Of a stretch of DNA of 64,000 bases, positions 26,130 through 40,290 are shown one piece after another. Below the pieces are notes generated by a model. The model saw nothing but the letters and a program-made list of their open reading frames with translations. It was not told the DNA's origin and did not search any database. Both the position numbers and the translations under genes were made by a program. The first letter of the stretch is position 1; every line of letters begins with the position of its first letter. Origin of the DNA: Camelus ferus (lineage: Eukaryota); NCBI RefSeq assembly GCF_009834535.1, contig NC_045696.1, positions 91,328,001 through 91,392,000 on the forward strand, written 5' to 3'.

Positions 26130-27500
26130 TAGGTACACAAAAATCACCCAAGTTAAGAAATTAAATGAAATTTGTATCACCTGCATGTGTCTCTCTAACC
26201 CAGTGCTCCTCCCTTGCCTTGCTGTGCTAATCAATATCCTGTTAGGGTATTTATGCAAATATGTTTTTATTTCTTTGCTACATGTGCATGGCTCAAAAAT
26301 GATTCATAGCACTGTAGTTCATGTTTTTAAACTTTATATAAATAGCATCATAAGGCTCAATGTTATGTTTTCAAAGTTTATCTGTATTAGTACATGTGGT
26401 TCCAATTTACTTGTTTTCAGTGGGATAGAATATCCCTTCACATGACTATGCCACAGTTTATTTGACCAATCTTCTTTTGATGGACTTTCTCTGTTTTAAT
26501 AGTGCTACAGTGAACATTCTTATAATTATCACTTTTGGCAAATGTGCTTAATTTCTCGTGTACACAGTCAAGCTGATATGGGGGCTTTGTATACTTTAAA
26601 TTTTCTGATAAACCACTAATTGCTCTCCAGTGTGGTTTTACCAACTTATATTCCCATCAGCCATGTCTGAGAGTCCCAGTGGCTTTATTTCCTGCTCAGT
26701 ACTTGCTTTTATCAAATTTTTAAAGTTTCTGTCAATTTAGGTGAAGCAGTGTCTGATGGTTATTAAAACTTTCACTCCTCTATTGAGGAGGCCAGCTGTT
26801 TTTTCATACGTTAATTTGCTATTTGCCATTTGGGTTTCCTTTTTAGAAAAGCACCTCTTTATGACTTGGGGTTTTTTTCCTTTCTATTTTTCTATTGAGG
26901 TTTTAAAATCTGTTCTTATTAATTTGAAGTAGTTTTTTGTATATTCTTCTACAAAACCTTTATCTTTTGTGGACGTTGTATGTCTGTTATTCCAAATATA
27001 GCTTGCTTTTTACTGTAATGTCTTGATACATGATAGGACAGGTATCCCCAAACTCTTTCTTTAAAATTGCTTTGATTTGTTTTTGTTCTTTAACAGTTTT
27101 TATTAATTTTCATGAATAATTTTTCAAGTTTCATGAATAATTCTGTCAGTATCCTGATTGGAATTTCATTATACGTACAGATTAATTTGAAGAAAATTAA
27201 CATATTTATGGTACTATCTTCTTGTCTGTAGATATTGTATATCTTTCCATTTATTTAGATCTTCTTAAATATCTTTTAATAAAGTTTTATAAACTTATTT
27301 GTTAGGGATCTTGAGACTTGTACATCTTTTTTTTACATTTACTAAGTTTTTTTAATTTTTAATCTGAGATGATAAATGGTATCCTCTTTAAAGATTATAT
27401 TTTCCAACTATTTTTGAGGTGATTATAACATAAATTATATTTGTATAGTAATGTTATATCCAGTAAACTGCTTCAACTCTCTTATTAATCCTAATAACTT
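26130..27500 (-). mobile_element. Old L1 fragment (3' part)
   Basis: T-rich antisense L1 motifs, e.g. ctgattggaatttcattatacgtacagattaatttg and tctttccatttatttagatcttc. Confidence 0.7.
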
Positions 27501-27504
27501 GCCT

Positions 27505-28944
27505 AACAAATATTTATTAGGCACTTAACTATGTGCTAGACACCGTACTGGATGCTGGGGAGAAAGGAGTAAGCAAAATAGACCAAAATCAAAAACCAAG
27601 AAACCCTGCCATCATCTCTTTAACTAGATGAGACAGAAAATAAACAAAATAAATAAGGAAAATACATAGTATATCAGAAGAGGATAAATGCTGTGTAGAA
27701 AAATAAAATAAGAGAATGGGGACATGACATTGGAGGTTTGAAATTTTAAGTAGGGCAGACAAGGGAGGCCATGCTAGGAAGCAGACATTTAAGCTAAACT
27801 TGAATGAGATGAGAAAACAATGCTGTGGACGCTTGCAGGAAATCATTTAAGGTAGAGGAACCATTAAGTACAAAGGTCGTTAAGTTGGGGGCAGCCTAGA
27901 GTCTTTGGGGAACAACAAGAAGGCCAGTGTGGTTGTAGCAGAGGGAGCAAGGTAGAAGAATCATAGGAGGTCGTTAGAAGGGAAGTGGAGGCTGGATCAC
28001 ATAGGGCCTTGGAAAGCCATTGGAGAGTTCTGACCAGAGAAGTAACATGACCTGACTTTCTTCTTTCCGTTTTGAGAAGAGTCTGCAAAAAAGGCAAGGG
28101 TGTAATCAGGGGGGCCAATTAACATGCTCTGCAATAATCCAGATATAGGAAATAACAGAGACTCTTGGAGTAATAGAGGTGATAAGAAGTGTTCAGATTC
28201 TGGATATATTCTGAAGCTGGAACCAACAAGATTTGCTGATATGGGGATGGCATTTTAAAAAAGAGAGAGGGAGGATGTGAAGATTTTTGGCCTGAAAAAC
28301 TAGAATGATACATTTGTTGTTAAGATGGAGAAGACTGGAAGAAACAGATTTGGGGGAGGGGTAGAAAGGAATCAAGAGTTCTTCAGATATGGAAAGTTTG
28401 AGCTGTCAGACATCTGACTGGAGATATTGTGTTGGATGTATAAGTCTGGAGTTGAGAAGTCTGAGCTGGACATTATAATTTTGGAATTCATCAGCCTTGA
28501 GACTGGGTGGGATCATCGAGGGAGTGAGTATAGACAAAAAATAAAAATGTCCAAAGACTAAGCCCAGTGCTCAGAGATCAAGGAGATGATGAAGAAACAG
28601 TAAAGTAGACTGAGAGAAAGGTCCAGTGAAGGAGGGAGAAAGTCAGAAGAGCATGATGTCCTGAAAGCCAAGTGGAGAAACTGTCAAGGACAGAGCAATG
28701 TTGAATGCTGCTGATAGGTGAGGTGAGATGAGGACTGAGAATTGACCATTAATTCAGCACATGAGCTCATTGTGACTTGACAAAAGCACTATCATTGGAT
28801 AGAGAGGAGTGAACACTGGATTGGAGTTAAGGACAGATTGGGAGGAGATTTGAAGAAAATGAGCAGTGAAGACTCTAGGCATTTCCTACCGAGAGGAGTA
28901 AGGAAATGGAATGGTAATTAGAAACAAACAGGGAGTCTAAGAAA

Positions 28945-28945
<1 letters not shown>
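27505..28945 (-). mobile_element. L2 LINE fragment
   Basis: aacaaatatttattaggcacttaactatgtgctagacac, then L2 body motifs (aaggccagtgtggttg, gaatgctgctgataggt, gaggactgagaattgaccatt). Confidence 0.8.
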
Positions 28946-28980
<35 letters not shown>

Positions 28981-30399
28981 GAAAAGAGAAGCACATTCTT
29001 TGGAATTTTTTATGTATACATTCATTCATTATCTTAAAATAATGATGGCTTTGTTTCTTCCTTTTCAATTCTTATGTCTTTGATTTCTCATGGTCCTGAC
29101 TAGCTCTTTAGAACATGTTGACTAGAAAGGGGATAGCAGATATCCTTTTTTCATTCTTTAAAGAGAGTTTTCTGACTTTTCAATGTAAGTATAATGTTTG
29201 CTCCAGGCTCTTGGTTAATACCTTTTGTCAGATTAAGGTTTCCTTTGATTCCTATTTTTCTAAGAATGGTTAAGTTTATCAACTACTTTTTCTGCTCTTT
29301 TGAAATAATCCTGTTTTCCCTTTTAATCTGTTAATGTGGTGAATTGCAGTAAGAATTTTAAAAATATAAAACCATTATTGCTTTCATGGGATAAAGTAAA
29401 AATTTACATTTATTTTAATACATTTCCTGATTTGGTTTGCTATTTTTAAAGGAGTTTCAGAACTGTAAGATTGGCCTGTAATTATCCTTTCTTCTACTAA
29501 TTTTAACCTGGTTTTGATATCAAGATATTTAATAAATGCTAATCTTATAAAGTGAGTTGAAAAATATTTCCACATTTCTATTTACAGTTTTATAAGATTG
29601 TGATGATCATTCCTTGATTTCATAGAAAGCTATAAAACCCTTTGGGCACCATGAGTTTGTTTGTTTTGGTAGATTTTTAAGGTACTGATTCAATTTCTTT
29701 GAAGAAAATTGAGGGATTTTTGCTTCAGTCACCTTTGATAAAGTAGAATTTCTAGGAAATTGTGCATCTTATGTGAGTTTTCAAATTTACTGGCATAAAA
29801 TTGTTCACATTATTCTTATTTTTTGTGTTCTGCTGCATCTGTATTTAAATAGTCTTTTTCACTGATACTTTCTTTTATCAGTATTTTCAGTTTTGTCTTT
29901 TTTAAAGCTTTTAGTTTATTAATCATCTATAAAGGGTTTTTTTTCCTCTTATTAATTTCTTTTCTTTTTCTTTCTTTTTTTTTTTTTACTGTTTACGGTT
30001 TTCCTCTTTGTTCTTTCTCTGGTTGTATTCTGCTGGTTTTTTTTTTCCTAATTCCCTCAGCTGTATTGATTTATTTTTTAACTTTCTTGTTTTTTAATGT
30101 AAGCATTTAAGACCATAAATTTCTTGCTAAGTACCACTTAATTTCATCCTACAAGTTTCTGAGATATAGTATTTTCATTATGAATTCTGAATACTTTTCT
30201 ATTTTTTGTGATTTTCTCTTGGACTCATAAGTAAGTTAGAAGTTTGTGCTTTAATTTCCCAATGAATTTCTGTAATCTTCTTGCTGTTGAGTTAAAATTT
30301 AACTGCATTGTAGTCAGAGAATGTGAACTGCATAATACCAATTGTTTGGAAATTGTTGAGACTTACTTTGTAGTGTAGCTTTTGGCTAATTTGTGTACA

Positions 30400-30665
30400 T
30401 AATAACAGCTAATGGCTTTGTAGCACTTTCTTTGTTCCAGGAACTGTTCTAAGAGCTTGTTACAAGTTAATAGGTTTATTCCTTTCAATAAACTTTTGAG
30501 ATAAATACACTAATATTATCCCCATTTTATAGATGAGGAAACTGAGACACAGGGTTTAGTAATTTAACTTGTTCAAGATTATGTAGCTAGTAAATAGTAG
30601 AGCCTAAAATCAAGTCCAGAGAGTTTGGCTTCAGAAACTGTTCTCAGCACCACACTATACAGCCT
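30400..30665 (-). mobile_element. MIR SINE
   Basis: attatccccattttatagatgaggaaactgagacacag core. Confidence 0.8.
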
Positions 30666-31398
30666 CTTTGGATGTTTCATATGTGTCCCAGAGGAATGTG
30701 TATTTTCTAATCATTGAGTATATGATATTAAGCCTGTTGATTAAAGAACCCTTGTTAGTTATAGTGTTCAAATTTTCTATATCCTCAGTAAAATCATGTT
30801 TGCTTGGACTGCCAATTGCTAAGAGAGGTGTTTTAAACTTTTACAGTGTAATTTTAGATTTACCAATTTCTCCTTGTACTTTTATCAAGATTGCTTTGTA
30901 AATTTGAGGGCTTTTTTTTTTTTTAATTATGTGTACAAGTTTAGAATAGTTACTTCTTCCTTTCAGAACTTTTCCTTTTATTGTTACGTACTGACCATCT
31001 TTATTCTGTTTTGCCTGTTTTCTTTGAAGTAGTGGTTGCCTATTTTCTCTTTTTCTAACTTTTTACTTTTTACCTTTCTATGCCCTTATGACTTAAATAT
31101 AATTTGTTAATACTATATGAGTAGATTTTAAAAATAACCCAAATTGAAAATCTCTTTCTATTGATAAATTTAGTCTGTTTGTATTTATTGTGATAAATGA
31201 TATATTTGGATGTATTTCTCCATTTTATTTTGTGTTGCATTTCCTGATTTTTCTAAATTCTAATTTATTTTTTCTACCATCTTAAACTGATTTTTATCAT
31301 TTTATTTGCCACCTCTTTTGGCTCTAGTGGCTTGATAGTTATACATTCTATTTTTATTCTTTTAGTAATTGACTTTAAAATTTTAGCAAAGATATTTA

Positions 31399-32087
31399 CC
31401 ATATTTCATCAACACTATGACATTTTTCACATATCTATGTCTCTGAAACAAGTATATATTTCATAGTTGATTGCAATCTGACAATTGCTGTTAGCCAGGC
31501 ATTAGGCATGATATAGTTGTCATTGCCTACATGTGCATGATCTTGCCATAGCTTTTCATATTGTTACCATTCCAACTGAATTAGGTACATTATAATTACC
31601 AATGTTGAGTTAAATATCCGTTTAAAATGTTTCAAAACTTCTAGATATAATGTGGCACTGAAACAAAAACTTATTAGCAATGCAGAGATGCATGGAAAGA
31701 GAGCACCAGGGTATAAATTTTACATTAGTGAGCTAAATACTCATCACTGGGAGAAAGATAGAAATTCCATCTTTTCTTGCAAAACAGTAACTGAGAGCTT
31801 TATTTGATGTAAAAACAAGCAAGTAAACAAACAAAAAAACCCCCACTTTTTTGTTACTGAGATATTTGTAAAAGATTGTCTATTATAATAAGTAATGAAA
31901 TTGAAAGTGGGAGACAGGGGCAATTCCCTTAGAATAGAAGAAAGAAATTTCAAAAAAAATGAATTCATGCCATACATAAGATTTTCTTTAAGGCATGATA
32001 TAACTCACAGTTAAATGGCAAGTTTTTCTCTTTCTTCATAGTGGTAGGTCTTATAATTGACACCTTCTTATATTTGATGAATTATAA
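31399..32087. mobile_element. TcMar-Tc2 DNA transposon relic (Kanga1/MER104-like)
   Basis: Imperfect terminal inverted repeats ccatatttcatcaa ... ttgatgaattataa; interrupts the L1. Family from recall. Confidence 0.5.
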
Positions 32088-32954
32088 TGAGTTTGTCTAA
32101 AGTTATGCAGTAGCTGTATTCTTCTTCTATTACCACAAGGAACTTGAAACACTTTAATGCCCATCTTAAATGTTCTTAAGCCATACTTTTATTCTACCTT
32201 GTTTAATGCCCTCAAAATTGTTCTTTAAAATTACTTATTTTATTTTTAATTCAACCATTGCTTACTTTGAGTACCTAATGTTTCCCTGTTTCTTTTCTCG
32301 CCATTCTTTTTTTTTTTTTTTTTTCATTTTCTCTCTCTCTCTCTTTTTTTCCCTTCTGAATCCAAATTCCTACTTTCTGACGTTTATGTTTTAAAGTCCC
32401 TTCAATGAAGGTCAGTTAGTAATAAACACTCAATGTTTGTTTTTCTGAAAAAGTCTTTATTTTACCCTTAATTTTGAATGATAATTACCTGGATATAGAT
32501 TTCTAGATTGGCGGTCTTTTGATTCCTCAGTAATCTCTAATATTGCTGTTATGCAATCTGCTGTCAGTTTGTCATTCCTTTGTATATAATCTACTTTTTC
32601 TGGTTTAATTTTTTTTCTGTGTCTTTGATATTATAGGTTTTCATTATTATGTGTTTAGCTGTTGTTTTAATTTGTATGTTTCTACTTAATACTCAATTGT
32701 GTTTTGTGATTTTGAGTTTTATGCCTCTTATCAAATTTGGAAAGTTCTTAAATATATCAAATATTGCCTTTTCCATCTCATCTCTCCTTCTGGAAATCCC
32801 ATTTATTCACTTATTTATGCATTCCACCAATATGCTTTGAGTACCTGCTATCTTCCAGCAGTATTTTAGACATTGGGAATATAATAGTAAAAAAAGCAAA
32901 CAAAAAGCATTGCCCTCATATCCTTCATATTCTACCCTATTTTATCCTCCATGT

Positions 32955-33218
32955 TTTTCTTTTTTAAACTGAAGGATAATTCACATATAATGTTATTATT
33001 AGTTTCAGATGTGCAACATAATGATTCAATATTTGTATATATTGCCAAATAATCACCACAATAGGTCTAGGTAACATCTTTCACCATACAAAGTTATAAA
33101 TTTTCCCCCTATGATGATAGTTAATAATACTTTATTGCATATTTGAAATTTGCTAAGAGAGTAGACCTTAAAGGTTCTCATCACACACACACACATACAC
33201 AAAATGTTTTGTAACTCT
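32955..33218 (-). mobile_element. L1MA-like 3' end with an inverted 5' segment
   Basis: Poly(T) and antisense L1 3' end (32955-33108) followed by a sense-orientation L1 piece (tgaaatttgctaagagagtagaccttaaa, 33109-33218). Confidence 0.7.
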
Positions 33219-34039
33219 ATGTCTCTTGATCTTTTGTATTTTCTATCTCTATGTGGTACATTTTTTTTTCTTTCCTCAGCTCTATATTCCAATCCATTGA
33301 GTCTTTTTGTTTCTATCCACATTTTGTTTGGTTTCCATTCCAAGTTTCATCTGATTCTTCTTGACATCTTTCTGGTCCTTTTGAAAGTGACTTGGTCTTT
33401 GTTCATAAAATAATTTTCCTTTATACATTGAATCATTTTGAACATGTAATTGGATAATTTGAGGTCAATAATTCTATTACCTGAAATTTTTGAATCTCTA
33501 ATCTGCTATAAATTTCATCTGCTGGCATACTCATATGTGCTTATTTCCTCGAATGTTTTACAATTTTGGCTTTTTTAGTTCCATTTGAATAAAGATTTCA
33601 CTTGTGTGACTAATGAGTGGCTTGAGGGTTGAATGTTTCACCCCTCAAAGTAATTTTATGTTTGCTTCTGCTGGGAACCCCAGTGATTTTATCAGCTCAA
33701 GGACAACTTTTGTTTTTGTTTTGGTACTGTTGTTGTTAATGTCTTGACTTTGAAGATTCTTGGAATGATAAAGTAAGTGAGGTATGCATATATGTGTGGT
33801 TTTAAAAGTGGAAAGAGGGATACAAATATAAAGGATTGTTAGTATAAATGCCAATGTAGAATGTAACTATAAGAGGGGAGTAACTATGTGGTCTTTTTTG
33901 TGCTATATATTATTAAGTGGTTGTGGAATAGATGTACAAAAATTATAACTACAGAAAGAAATATTTGCAACTCTCTACAAGTTATAAAACCAGGGCTGGC
34001 TTTTACAGTTCTACTATCCTTAAGAAGGAAAAAAAAAGT

Positions 34040-34300
34040 AATAGCTAACCTTTATCTGCACTTTTACTATGTACCAGACACTGTTGTAAATCCTTTCCCT
34101 ATATGTTAATTCATTAAACCTCACAGCAGTTGTAGGAGGAAAGTATTAATAATACTCCAGTTTTAAGGATTAGGCAGTGGAGGTACAGAGAAAGAAATGA
34201 TTGTCCAAGATTGCAGAACTGATAATATCAGAACATAGCTTTGAGCTCTGGCAGTCTGACCCAAGAGTCCATGATCACTCATAACCACTATGCTATGCTT
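34040..34300 (-). mobile_element. MIR SINE
   Basis: aatagctaacctttat...tactatgtaccagacactgtt...ctggcagtctgacccaagagtccatg. Confidence 0.65.
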
Positions 34301-35949
34301 CTCTAAGGGAAGGGAAAGAGAAATGATCCATCTTCTGCCATAAAATGTCTTCCATCTTCTCTCTGAAACTTCTACTTCCATGCCAAATCCACTCTTCCCA
34401 CCACTAACCACTTTATTTCAGATGTTCCACATTCCCTTTTGCCAGTGAACCATTCCCTATGAAGACTGTTTACAGCATAGAGAAGGGTGACTGAAAGGTT
34501 AATGGATGTTGATGTGAGGTGTAGTGTCTTTGGCTGAGTGAGACTGATCCATCCTGATAACTGGACCCAGAGCAGCACAATGCGTGGCTTTTTCATTGTC
34601 CTCCTCCTCCATTTTGACATGCCCACCACTTTAGGATAAATTACTTTAAAATTGACCATGACCAGGTCACTGTGAGAATGAATCTCTAAACTTAGCTTAA
34701 TGGGTTTGCTATTAAATAGATCTGATCCTTAGAAGATATTCATTTTAATATGCACAGGCACTAATCCAATGTTGATCTTAACCATAAACACATATGTATG
34801 CACACATATATATTTCATAAAAACTGGGTGTTTCCTGGAATGTGACTCAGGAAAACCCTAATTTCAAAGCTGATTTCTCACCAAAAAACTTTAAACTATT
34901 TAATTACATCATTCAAATAATTTAAAAGGGTTTTTTGTTTGTTTGTTTGTTTTTGGTCATTTTGAATACTTGCTGAAGGAAGCAGTTAATTATTAATTCA
35001 GATTTTTCCCCTCACTGAAGGAATTCTCCTTTTTTAAAGAATAAATTTTTCTTCATGTCTTACATAGGAATTTGAATACATGAATTTTTTTCCTGCTGAA
35101 AATCTGTTTACTTCTTAGTAAAGTGGTATGGAATAAGAAATTATTTAGCATCAAGAGCTTCACAGTAATATTAAGATTCATAACTGATGCACCTATACCT
35201 GCTATATTAGCATAGCTGAACTTACAACCAGTTTGAAGTAATTTATCCTTAAGGACAGCTGCTTAACTTTTCTAGTTAGAAATCTTAGAATAGATGCCTT
35301 TTGTTCAGCAGTCTGACTGACATGATCCTGCACACACCAGCCTCATTCCAAGGCACCTTTTTCAGAATTCCTTAAAAATTCAATACTCTCTTAGCATAGA
35401 AATTGAATTTCTGAGTTCATGAACCAAGGCACATATATAGGCCAGGTACTTTCATTGACTTTCACCTTCAACTTTTATTGAGGCTTGTTTCATCCACATG
35501 AAAATCTCCTTGCTATTTATTGTTAAACCATTGTTTAGGCATGGTTTACTATGTTTCTCAATGCCATCTATATTAACTCTGTTGTAATTGGGTTCCCAGG
35601 GATCTAATCTAAAATGGCTGTTCCAAGGGAGAAACAGAATCTTGGGTGAGGCTGTTTCCTTTGATCAAGGACAGTTTTGGCAGGCAGACTTGGCTATGAA
35701 CTAGTAACTGAGAAAATGAGTTCCTTTGTGCTAGAGGGGGATTTGGGCAGTGGACCACAGTCTCCACTGCAGTCTGCCTTTGAATCCATTTGCTTTATAT
35801 AATAATTTCCTCCTATCTGGAAACGGCTTCTCTGAGATGCTGATTGATCTCTTTTCCTGAAGAAATTTACAAGAAGGAGGTTATTGAGAGGACCTGTCAT
35901 CTGTACCACTGCAGCTGGTGTCAAGGCTGCAGTTGGTATTCACAGTCTC

Positions 35950-36437
35950 TGTGATAGGCTGAGTGATGGCTCCCAAAATATGTCCACATCTTAAAGCCCA
36001 GAACCTGTGAATTTTATCTTACATGAAAAAAAGGCATTTTTCATATGTAATATAGTTAAGGATCTTGACATGAGGAGAGTGTTCTGTATTATCTGGGTGG
36101 GCTCAATATAATCACAAGGATCCTTGCAATAGGGAGGCAGGAAAGTCAGAGACAAAAGAAGGAGGTGAAATGATGGAAGCAGAGGTTGGAATGATGCACT
36201 TTGAAGATGGAGGCTCATGGAGGTCATGAGTCAAGGAATGCAGATAACCTGTAGAAGCTAGAAAAGAAAAGGAATTGGAATCTCAGAGCCTCCAGAAAGC
36301 CGTCCCTGCTTTAGCTCAGTGTGACTGATTTTCAACTTCTGACCTCCAGAACTGTAAGAAAATTAATTTATCAACACAAATTCTTGAGCCTCTAAGTATG
36401 TGATGACTCATTAAAGCAGCAACAAGAAAGTTAATGT
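35950..36437 (+). mobile_element. MaLR LTR (MLT1C/D-like)
   Basis: tgtgataggctga...attatctgggtgggctcaatataatcacaagg...ttctgacctccagaactgtaagaaaat. Confidence 0.8.
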
Positions 36438-37447
36438 AATCTCCCTCCTCTACCACCCATTCTAGATTCTTCTTACCTTCAGGTAGCACCTCTGCTGGTT
36501 TAAGTTGCTTCTTAGCTAGCTGACTCAGATGCTTTTTTCTTGAGGGATCTGAGTCCCTGGACTCCATACCTTTCTCAGGTTGTGACTGCTCCATTGTCCA
36601 TTTACCATCAGAAAGGCATGCTATGTTCTTACATACGAAACTCGGCATCATAAATATGTCAGTTATTCCTAAGTTAATCAAAATCTTTTAATACAAAAAC
36701 CATCAGAAACTTTTTTTGGAACCAGACAAGCTGATTCTATAGCTCCTGTGTAATAGTAGTAGTAGTAGTAATAATAACAACAACAATAATGGTGATAACA
36801 ACCAGGAAAAAAAAAACTGAAACAAAAATAATGAAGAGATACCAGCCTACTTTGACTTATAGGAATTTGTCCTATGCACAAGCCCCTGTAAGCGTGAAGT
36901 GACTTGCATAGGAGGTTAGTCAGTGCAACGTTTTTTGTGATTCCAAAGACCAGAAACTGCCTAAATGTTAATCAGTGGGGGGCAAATTAAATATATGATG
37001 GTACATCCTTACATTGGAATAACATTCTGCCATAAAAGTAAATGGGGAAACTCTTAATATGTTAGTTTGAAAAGATTTCCAAGATTCAGTATGAAGTAAA
37101 AAAGCAAGATACGGATTTGTATGTCCATTATGCTTCCATTTGTGTGTAAAATAAGGAGTGGGGGTGTTATGTATGTGTATGTAGGTATGTGTATCATCTA
37201 TTTCTGTATGTACATACAGAAATTTGCCTCAATGTCTATAACAGATCTTTAGAAGGATACATAAGACAGTAATAACTTGGTTCTTTGTGGGAGAGTAGTG
37301 AGCAAGGGGAAAGGGAGACATTTTTCTTATTTCTAATTTTTTAAATTAAGTCATAAGTAAAGATTCATAAATGTATTTTTTCAAATAATTAAGTTTTAAA
37401 AATTAGTGCCAAGAAAATCTTCTTTCCTATTCAATTAAAACCAATGA

Positions 37448-37848
37448 GAGTATTATGCTTAGTTAAATAAGTCAGAGAGGGACAAATACTTTATGACATC
37501 ATTTACATATGGGATCTAAAAAATAATACAAATGAATGTGTATACAAAACAGAAATAGATTCACAGACGAACTTCTGGTTGCCAAGGGGGAGAGAGAAGT
37601 GGAGAGGGACAAATCAGGGGTATGGGATTAACAGATACAAACTACTATATATAAAAATAGGTAAGCAACATGGATTTATTGTATTGCACAGGAAATTATA
37701 CTCCTTATCTTAAAATAACCCATAATTTAATAGAATATAATCTGAAAAATACTGAATCACTATGCTGTACACCTGAAACTAACACAATATTATATATCAG
37801 CTATACTTCAATAAATAAATAAAATGAATGAATGAATGAATGAATGAA

Positions 37849-37887
<39 letters not shown>

Positions 37888-37899
37888 ATATAAAAAAAC
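37448..37899 (+). mobile_element. Artiodactyl-type L1 3' end with (TGAA)n(TAAA)n tail
   Basis: gggattaacagatacaaactactatatataaaa...ctgtacacctgaaactaacacaa. TSD aaaccaatga at 37438-37447 and 37900-37909. Confidence 0.85.
37810..37892. repeat. Compound (TGAA)n(TAAA)n microsatellite
   Basis: Read directly; derived from the L1 poly(A) tail. Confidence 0.9.
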
Positions 37900-38449
37900 A
37901 AACCAATGAACCTTTACTGAACATCAACTATGTACCAGGTACTAGTACATGTTCTGGAAGTAACGTTGTATACCATTTCCTCCTCTTCCTGGATTCCAGA
38001 GAGCTTAGAGGAAAATGTTGTGGATCAATCACACTAACCATCTTAGCAACTACAGTTGGAATATAGTCTTCCTTCTGTCAGTGGCATTAGTTCTCTTCTC
38101 CATCTGACTCTATGTATATATTTCCTTTATTACATAAAAGTAACCAGTATGATGTTGCTTCATATTTGAAGATGATGTCATTAAAATAAGTTTTTTACAA
38201 GAATAGCTGTGGTCAATGATAGTGGTTTTAGCCCTGGGGTGTTCTCTGTTATTTTTCTCCCCTAAGGATGGTTTCGGTTTTTTGGTTGCTGCAGAGATTT
38301 TTGAAAAATTTAGCATTATTTTTTGTTGTTTAATATTCCATTTTTTCTCTATGACTTGGCTCCATGAGAACCTATTTACTGTATAGGGCTTGGCACAAGT
38401 AATAATTCTGCTGCATTAAAAGAAATAATACACTAAGCAACAAAGGAGG

Positions 38450-40290
38450 AAGGTAAAAGAAAATACACTGAAATAGTCCACCAAACCAGGTGGTGTTCAT
38501 TCTAGGAATGTGGTGATGGATTGATATTTGGAAATTTCATACTATATGTTGACATAATGCTTCACATCCATAGCCAGCTAAGAAAAAAATGTTTGGTTAC
38601 CTCTATAGATGCTGAGAGAACATCTTAAAAAATTAAAACAAATATTCAAACTTTCAAAATAGGAAGATAGTGATACATCCTGTATGATTTAAAACATTTA
38701 CAGTATTTTCTTGGTTTTGACCAAAAAAATTTATATGAAAAATCAGGAACTAAAACCAGAAACTAAACCAGCATTCTTGCATTTATCCTCCTTACATGAA
38801 ATAGCTTAGGAAGTTCTAGCTGACACAATAAGCCATGAGATATATAAAGAGTATAGATACTATACAGAAATCTTTCTAGAAAACCCAAGAAAATCATCTG
38901 AAAAAATATTATAATTAAGGAGACGAGGTAAACAACTTGGTACAAAATAAATACCCTCAAAAGGCTGTAGATTGACTTAATCAGCAATAAAAATTCTAAT
39001 GAGGAAAACACAAAGATTTTGTTTACAGCAACAACAAAGACATAAAATATACTAGGAAACACATTTAAAAATTTGTGGCGCTTGTATGAAGAAAATGGCA
39101 AAATTAGTATTGTAGAATTGAAAAAATTGAACAAGCAAACAAAATATATCCCTGAAATACAACCTGACATATATATATGTATATATATATATAAAACAAT
39201 TACTAGGAAATGAATCATTCAGTACGTAACGGTGGGAAAATTGGATTATCTATTTAGTAGAAAATGTATTTCTTTACTTACTTCCATAAATACCAGATAG
39301 ACTCAAGCCCTAAGTGAATGGTTAAAAGATTAATTTCTAAAATACTAAATGTTGAATGTTTGTCAAGTTTTGTTTGATTTAGAAAAAAATACAGGTAATC
39401 GTTTATTCAACCTTTGAATAAAGAAAATGTGAAGGTGAAAAAAGCTATTAAGGGACTCACAAAGAAAGAAAGAAAGGAGTGTGTGTAGATGGGTACTTGT
39501 ATGAGCTTAGAGTCCATCTGTCAAATACATGACAAACTGGTGAGCATAGTTTCCCTGGGGAAGGGAGGGGAGGGAACTGAGGTGAGAGGGAGACTAAGTT
39601 CACTGTAAACCTTTTCTTTTTATCTTTTATATTTTTGTACCATGTCCATGTATTATCATTTCAAAAAAAATAATTTAATAACCTTAAATTTCCAAATAAA
39701 AAAAGGTAAAACAGTAAGATCTCCAAGATTGACAAATTTGTCTAAAACCGTAGCATGTTAATAAATTACAGCAAAAAAAACTAAAAATAATGAACATGGC
39801 GACACATTGACAATCAATATGCCAAAAGTTGACTTAATTAATAGAAAGAGAGATTATTTCACCAAAGACAAAAAAAAAATGTAGTGAAGTCGTTTAAGGA
39901 AAAATAGAAGATACAATGGGAAATTCCCAAAGGAGGAAATACAAATGGCAAATAAACATGTGAAAATATTCGACCTTACTTCTGGTCAAGAAATTCCAAG
40001 TAAAACAGCCATGAGATACTGTTTTTCACTGATCAAATTAGCAAAAATTAAAAATACTCTGATCTCACAGAGGTACAATGGGCAGAGCATGCTTTTACCG
40101 AGCTGATGGGAGTGTAAGTCAGAAAGACCTTTCTGGAAGATAGTTTGGCAGTATGTATCATGAGCCTTAAAATGTTCCTGTCCTTTGTGTTAGAAATTTC
40201 CACTTTTGGAGAATCTAGGCTACACATAATCTACAGTGTGGAGAGGGCTTCATGCACATGATGTTTACTGCAACATTAGTTGTAATAGTA
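38450..40290 (+). mobile_element. Old L1 ORF2/3' remnants
   Basis: A-rich, with tctatagatgctgagagaacat and gaggaaatacaaatggcaaataaacatgtgaaaa. Confidence 0.65.

Larger units (their letters stand above)
28990..33700 (-). mobile_element. Old L1 (ORF2/ORF1 remnants) with nested MIR, DNA transposon and younger L1
   Basis: Long T-rich antisense L1 sequence, e.g. ttttcaaatttactggcataaaattgttca and aactgcattgtagtcagagaatgtg. Confidence 0.7.

Noticed and set aside
38763..39218. 151-aa hydrophobic ORF, and similar Phe/Leu/Ile-rich ORFs elsewhere
   Set aside because: Antisense reading of A-rich L1 sequence, not membrane proteins.
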